64,000 nt of DNA from an uncultured virus (IMG/VR IMGVR_UViG_3300031547_000001) (Duplodnaviria; Heunggongvirae; Uroviricota; Caudoviricetes), in the IMG/VR virus record IMGVR_UViG_3300031547_000001. One strand, written 5' to 3'. Positions within the stretch are counted from its first letter, which is position 1; the number at the start of each line of letters is the position of its first letter. Made by a program: the position numbers and the translations under genes. The notes below the pieces were generated by a model. That model saw nothing but the letters and a program-made list of their open reading frames with translations. It was not told the origin of the DNA and did not search any database. This document shows positions 44,445-53,944 of this stretch, in pieces.

Positions 44445-44655
44445 TTTGACTCCTTGGTTTCGGGGGCTTTCCCGCCCCTTGTAGTTTAAGTATACCTTGT
44501 GGACTCCAGTTGCACTACCCCTTTGGGCGGAAATATCCAATTAATCTTTTTTTGGTCCAGGGGGTAGCGGACTGGACCTCCATGAGGTAGAGTAGTTGTT
44601 GTAGGGAGGCGGGCAAGGGGCCTGCCGACCGCCACAACACCATAGAGGAGTCCAA

Positions 44656-44856
44656 ATGGCTGACAAGGCGACGCGCGAGATGACCAAGCGCGAGCTGGCC
44701 GACTGGCTGGCCAACAAGTGGTACGGGGGCACGACCCACGTCGACTGGGCCACCAAGCAGTACCTCAAGGACACCAAGGACCAGCTGGCCGAGCAGGTCG
44801 AGCACGCCCGGGGCGAGAGGGCCTCGCACGAGCTGACCTACAAGTACGACCACTAG
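44656..44856 (+). CDS. early hypothetical protein (divergently transcribed)
   Basis: Promoter at 44561-44593; RBS GAGGAG; hairpin at 44869-44900. Confidence 0.7.
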   Translation: MADKATREMTKRELADWLANKWYGGTTHVDWATKQYLKDTKDQLAEQVEHARGERASHELTYKYDH

Positions 44857-44907
44857 TCTGGACATGCGGAGGCCCCACCTGGGCGACTGGGTGGGGCCTC
44901 TGTGCGT

Positions 44908-45174
44908 CTACTGCTGCTTGGCGGCGTCCTGGCGGGCACGCCTGGCACGGCACGGCGCCTCTATGTCGCACCGCCACCGGCCCCGGGTCATGGGGCGCCC
45001 CGTGTCGCCTAGGGCCTCCTGGCAGATGGCGCAGTTGGTGCGCTTGCGGGCGCGGCGCCTGGCTGCGCGCGTCGTGAGGGCGGGCTTGGGCTGCGCCTGG
45101 GTCGGAGCGGCTCGGGTGTTCCAGTCCTGCATGAACTCGTTCCAGCCGTCGTCAGCTGGTGGGCGTATCGGCAT
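44908..45174 (-). CDS. basic hypothetical protein with CxxC
   Basis: RBS AAGGAG. Confidence 0.55.
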   Translation of the reverse strand: MPIRPPADDGWNEFMQDWNTRAAPTQAQPKPALTTRAARRRARKRTNCAICQEALGDTGRPMTRGRWRCDIEAPCRARRARQDAAKQQ

Positions 45175-45334
45175 CCGTCTCCTTGTAGTGTGAGATGTCG
45201 GGAAGGACGTCTTCCGTCCACTTGCGCTTCTTGAGAGGCGGCTCCGTGTCGGCGTCGGCCCCCACGCACGGCGCCACGTCGGGGCTGGGGCAGTCCCACA
45301 TGCACCATGAACACTGCCCCAACCGGCCGGTCAT
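45152..45334 (-). CDS. Cys-rich hypothetical protein
   Basis: ATGA-coupled. Confidence 0.5.
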   Translation of the reverse strand: MTGRLGQCSWCMWDCPSPDVAPCVGADADTEPPLKKRKWTEDVLPDISHYKETDADTPTS

Positions 45335-45597
45335 CGCTGGCCTTGCACCTTGGGCTGCGCCACGCCGAACACCTGAAACATCGTCGCCTCGATGTTCCGC
45401 ATGTACTTGGTGATCGAGATCAGCGCGCCGGTCTCGCTCAGCACCAGGGCCTCGACCTCGTCGGGATGAGCGAACGAGGTGGACGAGCCGACCATCAGCA
45501 CATGGATGGTACGCGGATCCTTGGAGTCCTCGACCCAGTAGCGCACGGCCAGCCAGACCGGCGTGCCCATCTGGTGCTGCGCATAGTTGTTATCCAT
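45331..45597 (-). CDS. hypothetical protein
   Basis: RBS AGGAGAGG. Confidence 0.6.
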   Translation of the reverse strand: MDNNYAQHQMGTPVWLAVRYWVEDSKDPRTIHVLMVGSSTSFAHPDEVEALVLSETGALISITKYMRNIEATMFQVFGVAQPKVQGQR

Positions 45598-45605
45598 GAC
45601 CTCTC

Positions 45606-46544
45606 CTACTTCAGACGGTAGACGGTGGGCTTCTCGATGAGCGGCATGTCCTCGGGGCCGCGCACGTGCTCCTCGATCCACTTCGGCCGGTGCACGCCTC
45701 GGCTCGGATACCACTGGTTCCGCCAGTGGCCACGGACCGACCAGCGATGGTCGTACTCGCGAGCGTACGACTCACGCCCCTGGCTGGGGTACCTCTTACG
45801 ACGAACGTCGATCAGGCGCACAGCAGAAGGCTCTCGCCCCTGTCGGCGCATGCGCTTGGCCGAGTTGCGAGACGGCTCGGCCGAGGAAGACTCTACGATC
45901 TCTTCCTGACGCATCAGTAGCCAGGTGGCCTTGAGGAGCGCCATTGTCTCGAGAGGCTCCACGGAAGAGGACTTCATCCGCTCACGAGCGTCCGCTCCCT
46001 TGGGCACGATCCAGGGCACGAAGCTCGTCGTAGCGAGTCGCGATCCGAGCATCATGGATCGCATGCCCTCTCGCATACTTGACTTGTACGGGAATTCGCT
46101 CCCTGAGCGGAAGTCGATGTGATAACCGATCTCCAGCAGAAGAACGTCTCCCATGTCAGCCATCCCCCAGGAGATGGCTGATGAAGTCCTCTTCTTACGC
46201 CCATCGTCCCATGGAGACTGCTCCAGTCCTTCGAAGTAGATCATCCCCTCGGGTACCGGGACATCCTCCTTCTCCAGGAGCCACTCGGGCATCGTCTTGC
46301 TGGCCTCGATGGCCTTCTCGGTCATCTCGCGAGTCGAGTGGAAGAGAACTCGAGAGTCCGAAGCGGCGCGATAGCGGGCAGCCATCTCTACGAAGGCCGG
46401 ACCCTCGATCACGATGTCTTCCCAGCCCTGTGCAGATCCGGGTCCCATCAGATTGGCGAAGTCTGCCGCCCCCATGGACTTGTACATGATGTCCATGTCC
46501 TGCACTGCCTCGGGGAGGTCCCGAGGGTCCATTGCGAACTCCAT
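45606..46544 (-). CDS. hypothetical protein with C-terminal VRGHWRNQW motif
   Basis: TAATG-coupled to the primase; WSVRGHWRNQWY...WI..HVRGP motif seen in phage proteins of unknown function. Confidence 0.7.
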   Translation of the reverse strand: MEFAMDPRDLPEAVQDMDIMYKSMGAADFANLMGPGSAQGWEDIVIEGPAFVEMAARYRAASDSRVLFHSTREMTEKAIEASKTMPEWLLEKEDVPVPEGMIYFEGLEQSPWDDGRKKRTSSAISWGMADMGDVLLLEIGYHIDFRSGSEFPYKSSMREGMRSMMLGSRLATTSFVPWIVPKGADARERMKSSSVEPLETMALLKATWLLMRQEEIVESSSAEPSRNSAKRMRRQGREPSAVRLIDVRRKRYPSQGRESYAREYDHRWSVRGHWRNQWYPSRGVHRPKWIEEHVRGPEDMPLIEKPTVYRLK

Positions 46545-49027
46545 TACGGTGCTGCCTTCACTTTGGGGCCGTCTCCGGCCGACTCGTTGATGTTGATGCC
46601 TGTGATGACGCGGACCTGGGATCCATCCACGTCTCTGAACGCCTTGCCCATCTCGCCACCCAGCCGGGTCACGATCGGAGCGAGCTTGCGCGGAAGCCAG
46701 TTGGGGTTACCCGCCTTCATCTCCTGGGCTTCACACCAGGACTTCCAGAGCTGCACGAGATGCGCATGCATGCACCATGCATCCTCGTCCCCGGCGGGCG
46801 GGATCGTGCAGTACGTCTTGAGGAACTGCTCGTGCGGACTTGCGCCCTCCTCCAGCGTGTCGATATAATTCTGCGCGCTTGCCGGTTGGATAAGCTTACC
46901 GGTTTTCTCCAGATCGGCAAGTCCTTCGAGCGCCCAATTGAAGATTCCCTGGACTTCGGCGATGACCCTGCCCTTAAGCGTGTGGTCCTCCTTGTCCAGG
47001 AAGGACTTGCGCATCTTCAGCATCACCATTCGACGGTTGATTGCATTCGAGGAGTCCATGAACGAGGGGAGCTCGTTCGACATGATGATCGGTCGAACAC
47101 CCAGCCTGACCGAGATGGGCAACAGCCCCTTCCGGTTGACGATGATCTTGTCGTTGGCCGAGATGCTCAGCAGTCGCTCAATGGCGGTCTGCATGTCCTC
47201 GGCCTTCATGGCGCTACGAGAGTCGGCCGCGATCATGACCGACTTGCCCACGAGGTTCTGCAGGCCGAATTCGCCAGCAAGAGACTTCAGCGTGAACGAC
47301 TCGGTCGTCTTGCGCCCCATCATCGCCTCGACGACGTCCGCGATGGTGCCCTTGCCGGAACGGGGCGGTCCGATGAGAGCCAGGATCTTCTCGAGGTCGG
47401 TCCTGGAGGAGACCAGGTATCCGAACCATTGCTTCAGCGTCCGGATCGACTCCGGGTCGCCCTCGAACACGTCCTCCAGGAAAGCCAGCCAGTCGGGGCA
47501 CTGAGCCTCGGGGTCGTAGTCGAAGGGCAGCGACCAGGTGCTGAAGTAGCGAGGCGTAGAGGGTCGTAGGACGGCCCCGGAGATGCTGAGGATACCGTTC
47601 GCCATGGGCACGTGCGCGCCGTGGCTAGGGGCGTCCTCCTGCCACGCGTTGAAGTCAGGCAGCTCGTTCCTGTAGTGCGAGGTGCGCACCGCGCTCGTGA
47701 GGTTGCTGATCTTCATCCCGGTCGGAGCCCAGCGCTGGGGCTTCCACTCGCCATCGACGAGCTTGAGAACCATCTCCTTGTCCATGCGCTTGTACAGTCG
47801 CGCCTCAAGCCGCGCCTTCTTGACCATCTCCCAGTGGGTCCCGTTGTACAGCCACAGGTCGTCGTCCGACACGATGAGCGTCTCCGCGTCGTCCTCGTGA
47901 ACGAACTCGTCGTGGATGTGCCGGGCCACCTCCATAGGGTCGGCGGCGTCAGGAGCGAACGCGCGGCCGTCCTCAGCCTCGTCGGGCTTCGGACCGGACT
48001 CGGTCTTGACCTTGCTGGAGTCGAAGAGGTCGTATACGCGGATCCCGAGGAACTCGCAGATCTGCTTGGTGCCCTCCTTGCCATAATTGCACTGGCCGGA
48101 CTCGCACGTCATAACGACGCCCTTGTTGCCCTGCTCGAATTCGAACGAGGGGTTGTGGTCGTCGTGGTCCGGATGCGGGCAGTTGGTCTTGTACCGCGTC
48201 GGGCCGATCTTCTCCAGAAAGAACCCCTTGGCCTCCAGCGCCTTGACAAACCGCTGCATGCCGGGGCCCTCGGGCATGTCCGCCACGGAGAGCTGGAGAG
48301 TCGCGGAGCGCTTGTTTCCGGCCTCGATGGGAGCGCGCGCCTTGATGGTGTCCAGCGTCACCTTCTTGAGCTGCGCGACCGTCTTACCAGCCTCCAGGTG
48401 ATCCCGGATGTCCTTGCCCTTGACGGCCTCTCGGAAGAACGCCTTGACGCCCACTGCCTTCAGCGCGCGCCAACGCCGGAGAGCCGATGCAGCGCCAGGA
48501 TAGTCCTTGCGCTTGGATTCGTCCTCGTGATTGAAGCGCGCCTGGTGCTCGGGATCGAGGTGGTCCCTGTCAACCAGAATATACACAGTGCCCTGGTAGC
48601 CCCGGAAGTGCTCGGCAACCTCCAGGGGGAATCGGGTGCCCAGGTGCGTAGTCGTGGCGTAGACGTCGGCCAGGGCCCATGCGGCCTCGCAGTCCGGGCA
48701 TCCCTCCACGAGGAACATGTGCGGAACGCGGTTGGCGATGGCCTCTTTGACGCGGGGCAGGCCGTAGATCAGCGCCACGTGCTCCGGGTTGGTCCGGTCG
48801 TAGTGGTGGCAGTACCGGAACGTCTTGTCGACGTGATCGGTGAAGCCGGAGGGGTCGGCGATGGTGTAGCGGAACCGGCTGAAGACCCGGGTGCCCTCCG
48901 CGTTGTAGTACGGGAAGAGGTGCGTGAGGGTGCCGAAGTCCTTCTGGCTGTTAGCTCGGGTGCACTTGCACTCGTCGAGAGGGGACGGCTGCGGCGCGTA
49001 CTTCTCGCGCTGCTTAGCTGCTGCCAT
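46544..49027 (-). CDS. DNA primase-helicase (TOPRIM + Zn-binding + D5/P4-type SF3 helicase)
   Basis: LVEGCPD, VDRD, GKDIRD; CPHPDHDDHNPS; GPPRSGKGT, SNELP, RRM. Confidence 0.85.
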   Translation of the reverse strand: MAAAKQREKYAPQPSPLDECKCTRANSQKDFGTLTHLFPYYNAEGTRVFSRFRYTIADPSGFTDHVDKTFRYCHHYDRTNPEHVALIYGLPRVKEAIANRVPHMFLVEGCPDCEAAWALADVYATTTHLGTRFPLEVAEHFRGYQGTVYILVDRDHLDPEHQARFNHEDESKRKDYPGAASALRRWRALKAVGVKAFFREAVKGKDIRDHLEAGKTVAQLKKVTLDTIKARAPIEAGNKRSATLQLSVADMPEGPGMQRFVKALEAKGFFLEKIGPTRYKTNCPHPDHDDHNPSFEFEQGNKGVVMTCESGQCNYGKEGTKQICEFLGIRVYDLFDSSKVKTESGPKPDEAEDGRAFAPDAADPMEVARHIHDEFVHEDDAETLIVSDDDLWLYNGTHWEMVKKARLEARLYKRMDKEMVLKLVDGEWKPQRWAPTGMKISNLTSAVRTSHYRNELPDFNAWQEDAPSHGAHVPMANGILSISGAVLRPSTPRYFSTWSLPFDYDPEAQCPDWLAFLEDVFEGDPESIRTLKQWFGYLVSSRTDLEKILALIGPPRSGKGTIADVVEAMMGRKTTESFTLKSLAGEFGLQNLVGKSVMIAADSRSAMKAEDMQTAIERLLSISANDKIIVNRKGLLPISVRLGVRPIIMSNELPSFMDSSNAINRRMVMLKMRKSFLDKEDHTLKGRVIAEVQGIFNWALEGLADLEKTGKLIQPASAQNYIDTLEEGASPHEQFLKTYCTIPPAGDEDAWCMHAHLVQLWKSWCEAQEMKAGNPNWLPRKLAPIVTRLGGEMGKAFRDVDGSQVRVITGININESAGDGPKVKAAP

Positions 49028-49072
49028 GCTCTTGGTTCTCCTGTGGTGCTTGTTGGGGCGGGGCAGCGGTTG

Positions 49073-49438
49073 TTACAGTTCCTGCTCTTCGTCCTCGAAC
49101 TCCTCTTCCTCTTCGAGGTCGCTCATGTCGTCCTGCTCGTCCTCGACGTCCTCCTGGATCTCGGCGTCGTTGAGGGTGTCGGTGTGGACGAGATGGGCCA
49201 GGAAGGAGCGGGCTTCCGGCGTGAGGAACTCGCGGTGCACCAGGATCGCGTTCTCGACGTGAGCGGCTGCGAACTCCTCACGCCCCTTCTGCTCCATGTC
49301 GGGCTTACCGAGGCGCACACCTGAGGCGATCAGGCTGGAGGCCGACTTGATTCGGCTGTACACATTCTCGTTGGCGGTCTTCATACCCATGAGAAGGGGG
49401 TCCATTCTGCTGCTGGGGAACGGGGTTGGGTCGTTCAA
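49073..49438 (-). CDS. hypothetical protein with acidic tail
   Basis: ORF upstream of the primase; promoter-like TATAGT at 49451; start uncertain. Confidence 0.55.
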   Translation of the reverse strand: MNDPTPFPSSRMDPLLMGMKTANENVYSRIKSASSLIASGVRLGKPDMEQKGREEFAAAHVENAILVHREFLTPEARSFLAHLVHTDTLNDAEIQEDVEDEQDDMSDLEEEEEFEDEEQEL

Positions 49439-49582
49439 GGCTACGTCAGAACTATACCCTCAACGGCCCCGGGTCGAAAGCGTGCCGTGTCGATATGAGA
49501 TCTCGACAGAAAATGGGCAACGGCTCAGGAGCGTTGGGCGGATTCCGATGATTGAATCCGATGCGGCCTCTGATGGGAAAAT

Positions 49583-49824
49583 CATCCGTTTGCGCAGGTA
49601 GGCATCAGTTTTAGGTCGGATGACGGCGGATGGCTGCCTATTCCCGCCGCCCCTTACGTTAGGCAGGCAGGCGTATAGGGGGCGGCAGGGGTAACGAGTA
49701 GGCTGTCCTCGTTCGAGGCTACTTTCTCTTATTCATCCGATCATCCGAAGAGAAGAGAGTGAAATAGGGTTCTACCAGCGGTTTCATGTCGATCGGATGA
49801 ATTGGGCGCATCCGAGAGCATCCG
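49583..49824. repeat. cluster of CATCCG/CGGATG hexamers in a non-coding divergence region
   Basis: Copies at 49583, 49617, 49627, 49734, 49742, 49794, 49809, 49819. Confidence 0.65.
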
Positions 49825-49945
49825 AGGATTCATCGGATTGGTCGGGGTCGACAGGGCGATGGCGGCTTGTGCAGTGACGCAAAAAAGGGGATGGGGTATA
49901 GTTGGTGTGTCGGAAATGGATGTAAAAAGGGCATTGGAGTGCACG

Positions 49946-50452
49946 GTGACGACAAATTCGGTGCCGACGGGGCGTGGGAGCGGCAGGAGGCATGACCTCA
50001 CCGAGCAACTCAAGACGCAGATCGCAACACGAGCTGCACGTCTCCGTGTGCTGAGCTACACGTGGAAGCAGTGCCACGCCAAGATCCAGGAGGAGTTCCC
50101 TGAGGCCAATGTGTCGGAGAGCTCCATCATCAAGTGGGTCAACGAGCACATCAAGCCTGCGGCTGAGATTGCCGTTGAGGATTATCGACAGCAGCAGCTC
50201 GCTCAGATCGAGTTGGCCAAGCGGGCTATCATGCCACGTGTACAGAAGGGTGACGACAAGGCCATTGCCTCGTTGAATGCTCTGATGAATCGCGAGGCCA
50301 AGCTGCTCGGGATGGATGCGCCGGTTCAGGTGCAGCTCGAAACCAAGCAGGTCAATGACGAACTCGAAGTTCAGCGGATGCTGGCGGGCTTCATGGGCCA
50401 CGTCATACCGGGTGAGGTTGTGAAGCCTGCTGAACTGGAATCGGGCGAATAG
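49946..50452 (+). CDS. terminase small subunit / HTH protein (putative)
   Basis: RA.RLRV.SYTW HTH-like segment; REAKLLGMDAP motif; first gene of the late arm. Confidence 0.6.
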   Translation: MTTNSVPTGRGSGRRHDLTEQLKTQIATRAARLRVLSYTWKQCHAKIQEEFPEANVSESSIIKWVNEHIKPAAEIAVEDYRQQQLAQIELAKRAIMPRVQKGDDKAIASLNALMNREAKLLGMDAPVQVQLETKQVNDELEVQRMLAGFMGHVIPGEVVKPAELESGE

Positions 50453-50628
50453 GGCGAGGCCGCGTATGGGCGCGTAACGGCCTATCTCGGAGGGGTTGGG
50501 GCAAGGGGGCTCGGACGGGGTACGGGGCTGTGAGAGCCCCCAAAGAATCCGTTCTCGGGTGTGATACGGACGGCGGGTGGTCGCTGTGACGGAGTGTTCG
50601 TGGTGCGGGAAGCAGATCACTGAGGAAG

Positions 50629-51069
50629 ATGGGGAGGTATGGAGTGGACAGTTCGAATGCCGGGACAAGTGGCAGTGTGAGTTGCGCGTTGCCCTGCGAG
50701 GCCACGGTGTTGACGGAGTTCGAGACGGCATGGGCTGACTGGTTCGCCCGGAATCCTGGAGTGGTCGCCTCGTACCGCAAGGCGATGGGAGAGTGGCCCA
50801 TGGAGTACAGGGATGCCCCGGCTTGTGCCACGTGTCGACGGCATGAGTGCAAGAATGTCGAGTGCAGGCGTATCACGTACAGGGCGATTGACCAGTCCAA
50901 CTGGCCGTGCCCCTCCTGCGGCGGTCCATGCCACGTGTTGTTGGCACAGCACAGGACAGCGGTGTGTCGACACGACAAGGCTGAGAAGAAGCGGAAGCCC
51001 TATCGGCGCTACGCGCCACGTACCGTTGTCCGCAAGGGCGACGAGGAGGAGGTGAACAATGCCTGCTAA
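50629..51069 (+). CDS. Cys-rich hypothetical protein
   Basis: Several CxxC motifs; start uncertain. Confidence 0.45.
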   Translation: MGRYGVDSSNAGTSGSVSCALPCEATVLTEFETAWADWFARNPGVVASYRKAMGEWPMEYRDAPACATCRRHECKNVECRRITYRAIDQSNWPCPSCGGPCHVLLAQHRTAVCRHDKAEKKRKPYRRYAPRTVVRKGDEEEVNNAC

Positions 51070-51229
51070 GCGATACAAGGACGGGTGGATATGGGACGAC
51101 AACAAGTCGACCATCTACAAGTCCAAGGCCGCTGCCGAACAGGCCAATGCCGCGACGAACTCCAGTGGAGCTCAGCACTCGGTGTACTGGCCTGCCAGGA
51201 AGCCGCTCAGCAAGAAGAAGCCTGGCTGA
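51059..51229 (+). CDS. small hypothetical protein
   Basis: RBS GGAGGAGG; MPAKRYKDGWIW... Confidence 0.55.
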   Translation: MPAKRYKDGWIWDDNKSTIYKSKAAAEQANAATNSSGAQHSVYWPARKPLSKKKPG

Positions 51230-51591
51230 TGAAGATCTGCACAGGTTGTGTATTCCACGATGGCAAGTCGATGTCTGGTGCGCAGTGGTGCTACTGCTGC
51301 GCGCTGGGCCACGGTAATGGAGAAGACATGGCAGTGATCGCGTACGACCCGACGATCCACGGCGAGGACGACGTGCGTCGCAACCGGCTGAGGGAATGGC
51401 TGGAGGCGAATGGCCTCGACACGCGGTTCATCTCGGTGAACGGCACGATCCGAGTGGAGGGTTCACACATCCACTTCCTGGGCTATGTCCTGGACAAGGA
51501 CGGCGTCAAGGTGCACGGGGACAAGGGTCCTCTGATGGCGGGCATGTCGGCCCGTCTCAAGGTCGAGTGGACGGAGCCGGACAATGGCTGA
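51229..51591 (+). CDS. hypothetical protein
   Basis: TGATG-coupled; an alternative start at 51328 is possible. Confidence 0.55.
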   Translation: MKICTGCVFHDGKSMSGAQWCYCCALGHGNGEDMAVIAYDPTIHGEDDVRRNRLREWLEANGLDTRFISVNGTIRVEGSHIHFLGYVLDKDGVKVHGDKGPLMAGMSARLKVEWTEPDNG

Positions 51592-52048
51592 GCTGGGTGT
51601 GACGGTGTCGGCGGCAGTTGAGCTGGAGGTTGGTGAGCGAACCCGAGCCTGGCTGATCTCCATGGGCTGGACGCCGCCTCAGGAGGAAGGCGCGGTCGAG
51701 ACGCGAAAGGTTGTGGACCGGCTCGGCTCTCAGGGCGCAGCGATGGACAGGACCGCTGCCAAGGCTCGCCGCATCGCCCGGTTCTACAGGCAGGCCATGG
51801 ACACCAGGACGCGTGGAGCGATCGACATGCTCCTGCTGGAGCTGGGTGTGGAGATCAAGGAGCTGGACTCCGGCAAGAACGAGGGCTGGTCCTGGCTCGC
51901 TTCCGAGGCCCGCCACTCCAAGGCCAAGCAGCTGTACGACTCGCTGACCGAAGGGTCGCAGGCCGCCAAGGACGACCTGAACGAACTCCTGGACCTCGTG
52001 GGCATCGACCTGGGCGAGTTCCTCCGGCCGACGGTCATCAAGCGGTGA
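51584..52048 (+). CDS. hypothetical protein
   Basis: Coupled ORF. Confidence 0.65.
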   Translation: MAELGVTVSAAVELEVGERTRAWLISMGWTPPQEEGAVETRKVVDRLGSQGAAMDRTAAKARRIARFYRQAMDTRTRGAIDMLLLELGVEIKELDSGKNEGWSWLASEARHSKAKQLYDSLTEGSQAAKDDLNELLDLVGIDLGEFLRPTVIKR

Positions 52049-52320
52049 CGACACAAGAAGACCTCGATCAGGCGCACCGGGAACTCGAGAGGGCAATCGA
52101 GAACCTGTCGCGCCTGATCGGTGCCGAAGGGGTTATCTCGGAATGGACCGCTGTGGTGTCCTTCCAGTCCTTCGGCGCTAATCGAGGAGAAGGCACCACA
52201 CAGATCATCCGCCTGTTCCCTGACGACGTGCCATATCACAGGAGCATGGGGCTCCTGGATTACGCGCTCACCAGGATGCGCCACAACATCGGAAGGCTCG
52301 ACAATGACGATGACGATTGA
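52045..52320 (+). CDS. hypothetical protein
   Basis: GTGA-coupled. Confidence 0.6.
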   Translation: MTTQEDLDQAHRELERAIENLSRLIGAEGVISEWTAVVSFQSFGANRGEGTTQIIRLFPDDVPYHRSMGLLDYALTRMRHNIGRLDNDDDD

Positions 52321-53890
52321 CGGCTATCTCCAGGAGGTGGCTGATACCTACACCGATGGCAATCGACAGGCGATGTCCTTCCTGCTGGGGACGGAATCCG
52401 GCCGACGCCATCTCACCAAGGATGAGCCGCTCCTGTTCGCCTTGACCTACATGGCCAACTCCCTCAAGATGCCCGCTCCCATCGCTGAGGCGGAAGGCGC
52501 GCAGTCTGAGGAGGGCGTCATCTCGATGTGTGAGTTCCACTGGGAGCTCTGCGAGAAGGCGCGTGACTGGAGCGAGAAGCCTGCCAGCCAGTACGGACCG
52601 GCCGAAGCGCGCGACGCCTACATCGCTCCGCGTGACGCGGGCAAGTCCACCTGGCTGTTCAAGATTCTGCCCCTTTGGGCGGCTGCACACGGACACGCCA
52701 AGTTCATTGCGGCCTTCGCCGACTCGGGGCCCCAGGCCAAGAAGCACCTGTCCTCCTTCAAGCGCGAACTGGAGACCAACGCACTTCTGCAGGCAGACTA
52801 TCCCTTGCTGTGCCAGCCCATGAAGAGGCGCGGCAACGTCACGGTGTCCGACACCCAGGAGATGTACCAGGCGCAGAGCGGCTTCGTGTTCGCCGCAACT
52901 GGAGCGGACACCTCAGTCCTGGGTATGAAGGTCGAGGACCAGCGACCCGACCTCATCATCCTCGACGACCTGGAGCCCGACGAGTCCAGCTACTCCGCGT
53001 ACCAGGCAGGCCAGCGACTCAACACCCTGACGGACGCCATCCTGCCCCTGAACATCCGGGCGCGAGTTGTCCTGTCTGGAACCGTCACCATGCCCGGCTC
53101 GATCACGCACCAGCTCGTCAAGACCGTCCTGAACAAGGACGAGGAACCGGCCGAGTGGATCGTCACCGAGAAGTTCAAGGTGCACCACTTCAAGCCGATC
53201 CTCCAGAACGAGGACGGCACTGAGCGCAGCATGTGGCCGGAGAAGTGGCCCATGTCCTGGCTGGAGACCGTGCGCCACACCCGATCGTTCGCCAAGAACT
53301 ACAACAACGACCCCATGGCGATGGACGGCCAGTACTGGACGCGCGACGACTTCACATACGGCTCGCTGCCTTGCGCCAAGACCGTGCTGTCCATAGATGG
53401 CGCCGTGACCAACAAGGGCGGTAGCGACTTCACTGCGCTGGCCGTCGTTGGCGCCACGGGACACCCTGCTGGACATCCCGATCGTAAGTGCGAGGTCAAG
53501 TACGGCGTGGCCGTCAAGCTGTTGGGCGCAGCGCTGCGGAAGAAGGTCCTGGACATTCTCGAGATGTACCCCGAGATCAGCCTGATCCTGATCGAGGGAA
53601 ACCAGGGCGGAGAGCTCTGGCGAGAAGTCCTGCATAACATGCCTGTGCGCATTTCCATATTCAGCAATTCGGAACCCAAGGAGGTTCGGGCCGGTCGAGT
53701 GCACGCGCTCTATCAGCGCATCCCGACGCGGGTCGTTCACACCGCCCGGCTTCAGGCCGTCGAGGAGAACATGGTGGGCTTCCCCAAGCTCAAGCACGAC
53801 GACCTCGTGGACGCCGTGGGCAATCCCATCCTGAAGTTCCTCAAGCCGAAGCAAGCGCAAAGGCGGAGCGCTCGATCAGTGGGATACTGA
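52304..53890 (+). CDS. terminase large subunit
   Basis: APRDAGKST Walker A, RPDLIILDDLE, SGT, SIDGA, SDFTA, HDDLVDA. Confidence 0.9.
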   Translation: MTMTIDGYLQEVADTYTDGNRQAMSFLLGTESGRRHLTKDEPLLFALTYMANSLKMPAPIAEAEGAQSEEGVISMCEFHWELCEKARDWSEKPASQYGPAEARDAYIAPRDAGKSTWLFKILPLWAAAHGHAKFIAAFADSGPQAKKHLSSFKRELETNALLQADYPLLCQPMKRRGNVTVSDTQEMYQAQSGFVFAATGADTSVLGMKVEDQRPDLIILDDLEPDESSYSAYQAGQRLNTLTDAILPLNIRARVVLSGTVTMPGSITHQLVKTVLNKDEEPAEWIVTEKFKVHHFKPILQNEDGTERSMWPEKWPMSWLETVRHTRSFAKNYNNDPMAMDGQYWTRDDFTYGSLPCAKTVLSIDGAVTNKGGSDFTALAVVGATGHPAGHPDRKCEVKYGVAVKLLGAALRKKVLDILEMYPEISLILIEGNQGGELWREVLHNMPVRISIFSNSEPKEVRAGRVHALYQRIPTRVVHTARLQAVEENMVGFPKLKHDDLVDAVGNPILKFLKPKQAQRRSARSVGY

Positions 53891-53944
53891 GGGCTAAAGT
53901 AGACTGTGCGCGAACGCGCAATTGACCAGCCTCAGGAGTTAGCA

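Larger units (their letters stand above)
40254..44600. promoter_or_regulatory. array of 12 near-identical promoters in the early region
   Basis: -10 boxes on the minus strand at 40267, 40628, 40990, 41482, 41907, 42113, 42736, 43159, 43520, 44090, 44489 and on the plus strand at 44588; -35 TAGC/TTGC about 17 bp upstream. Confidence 0.85.
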
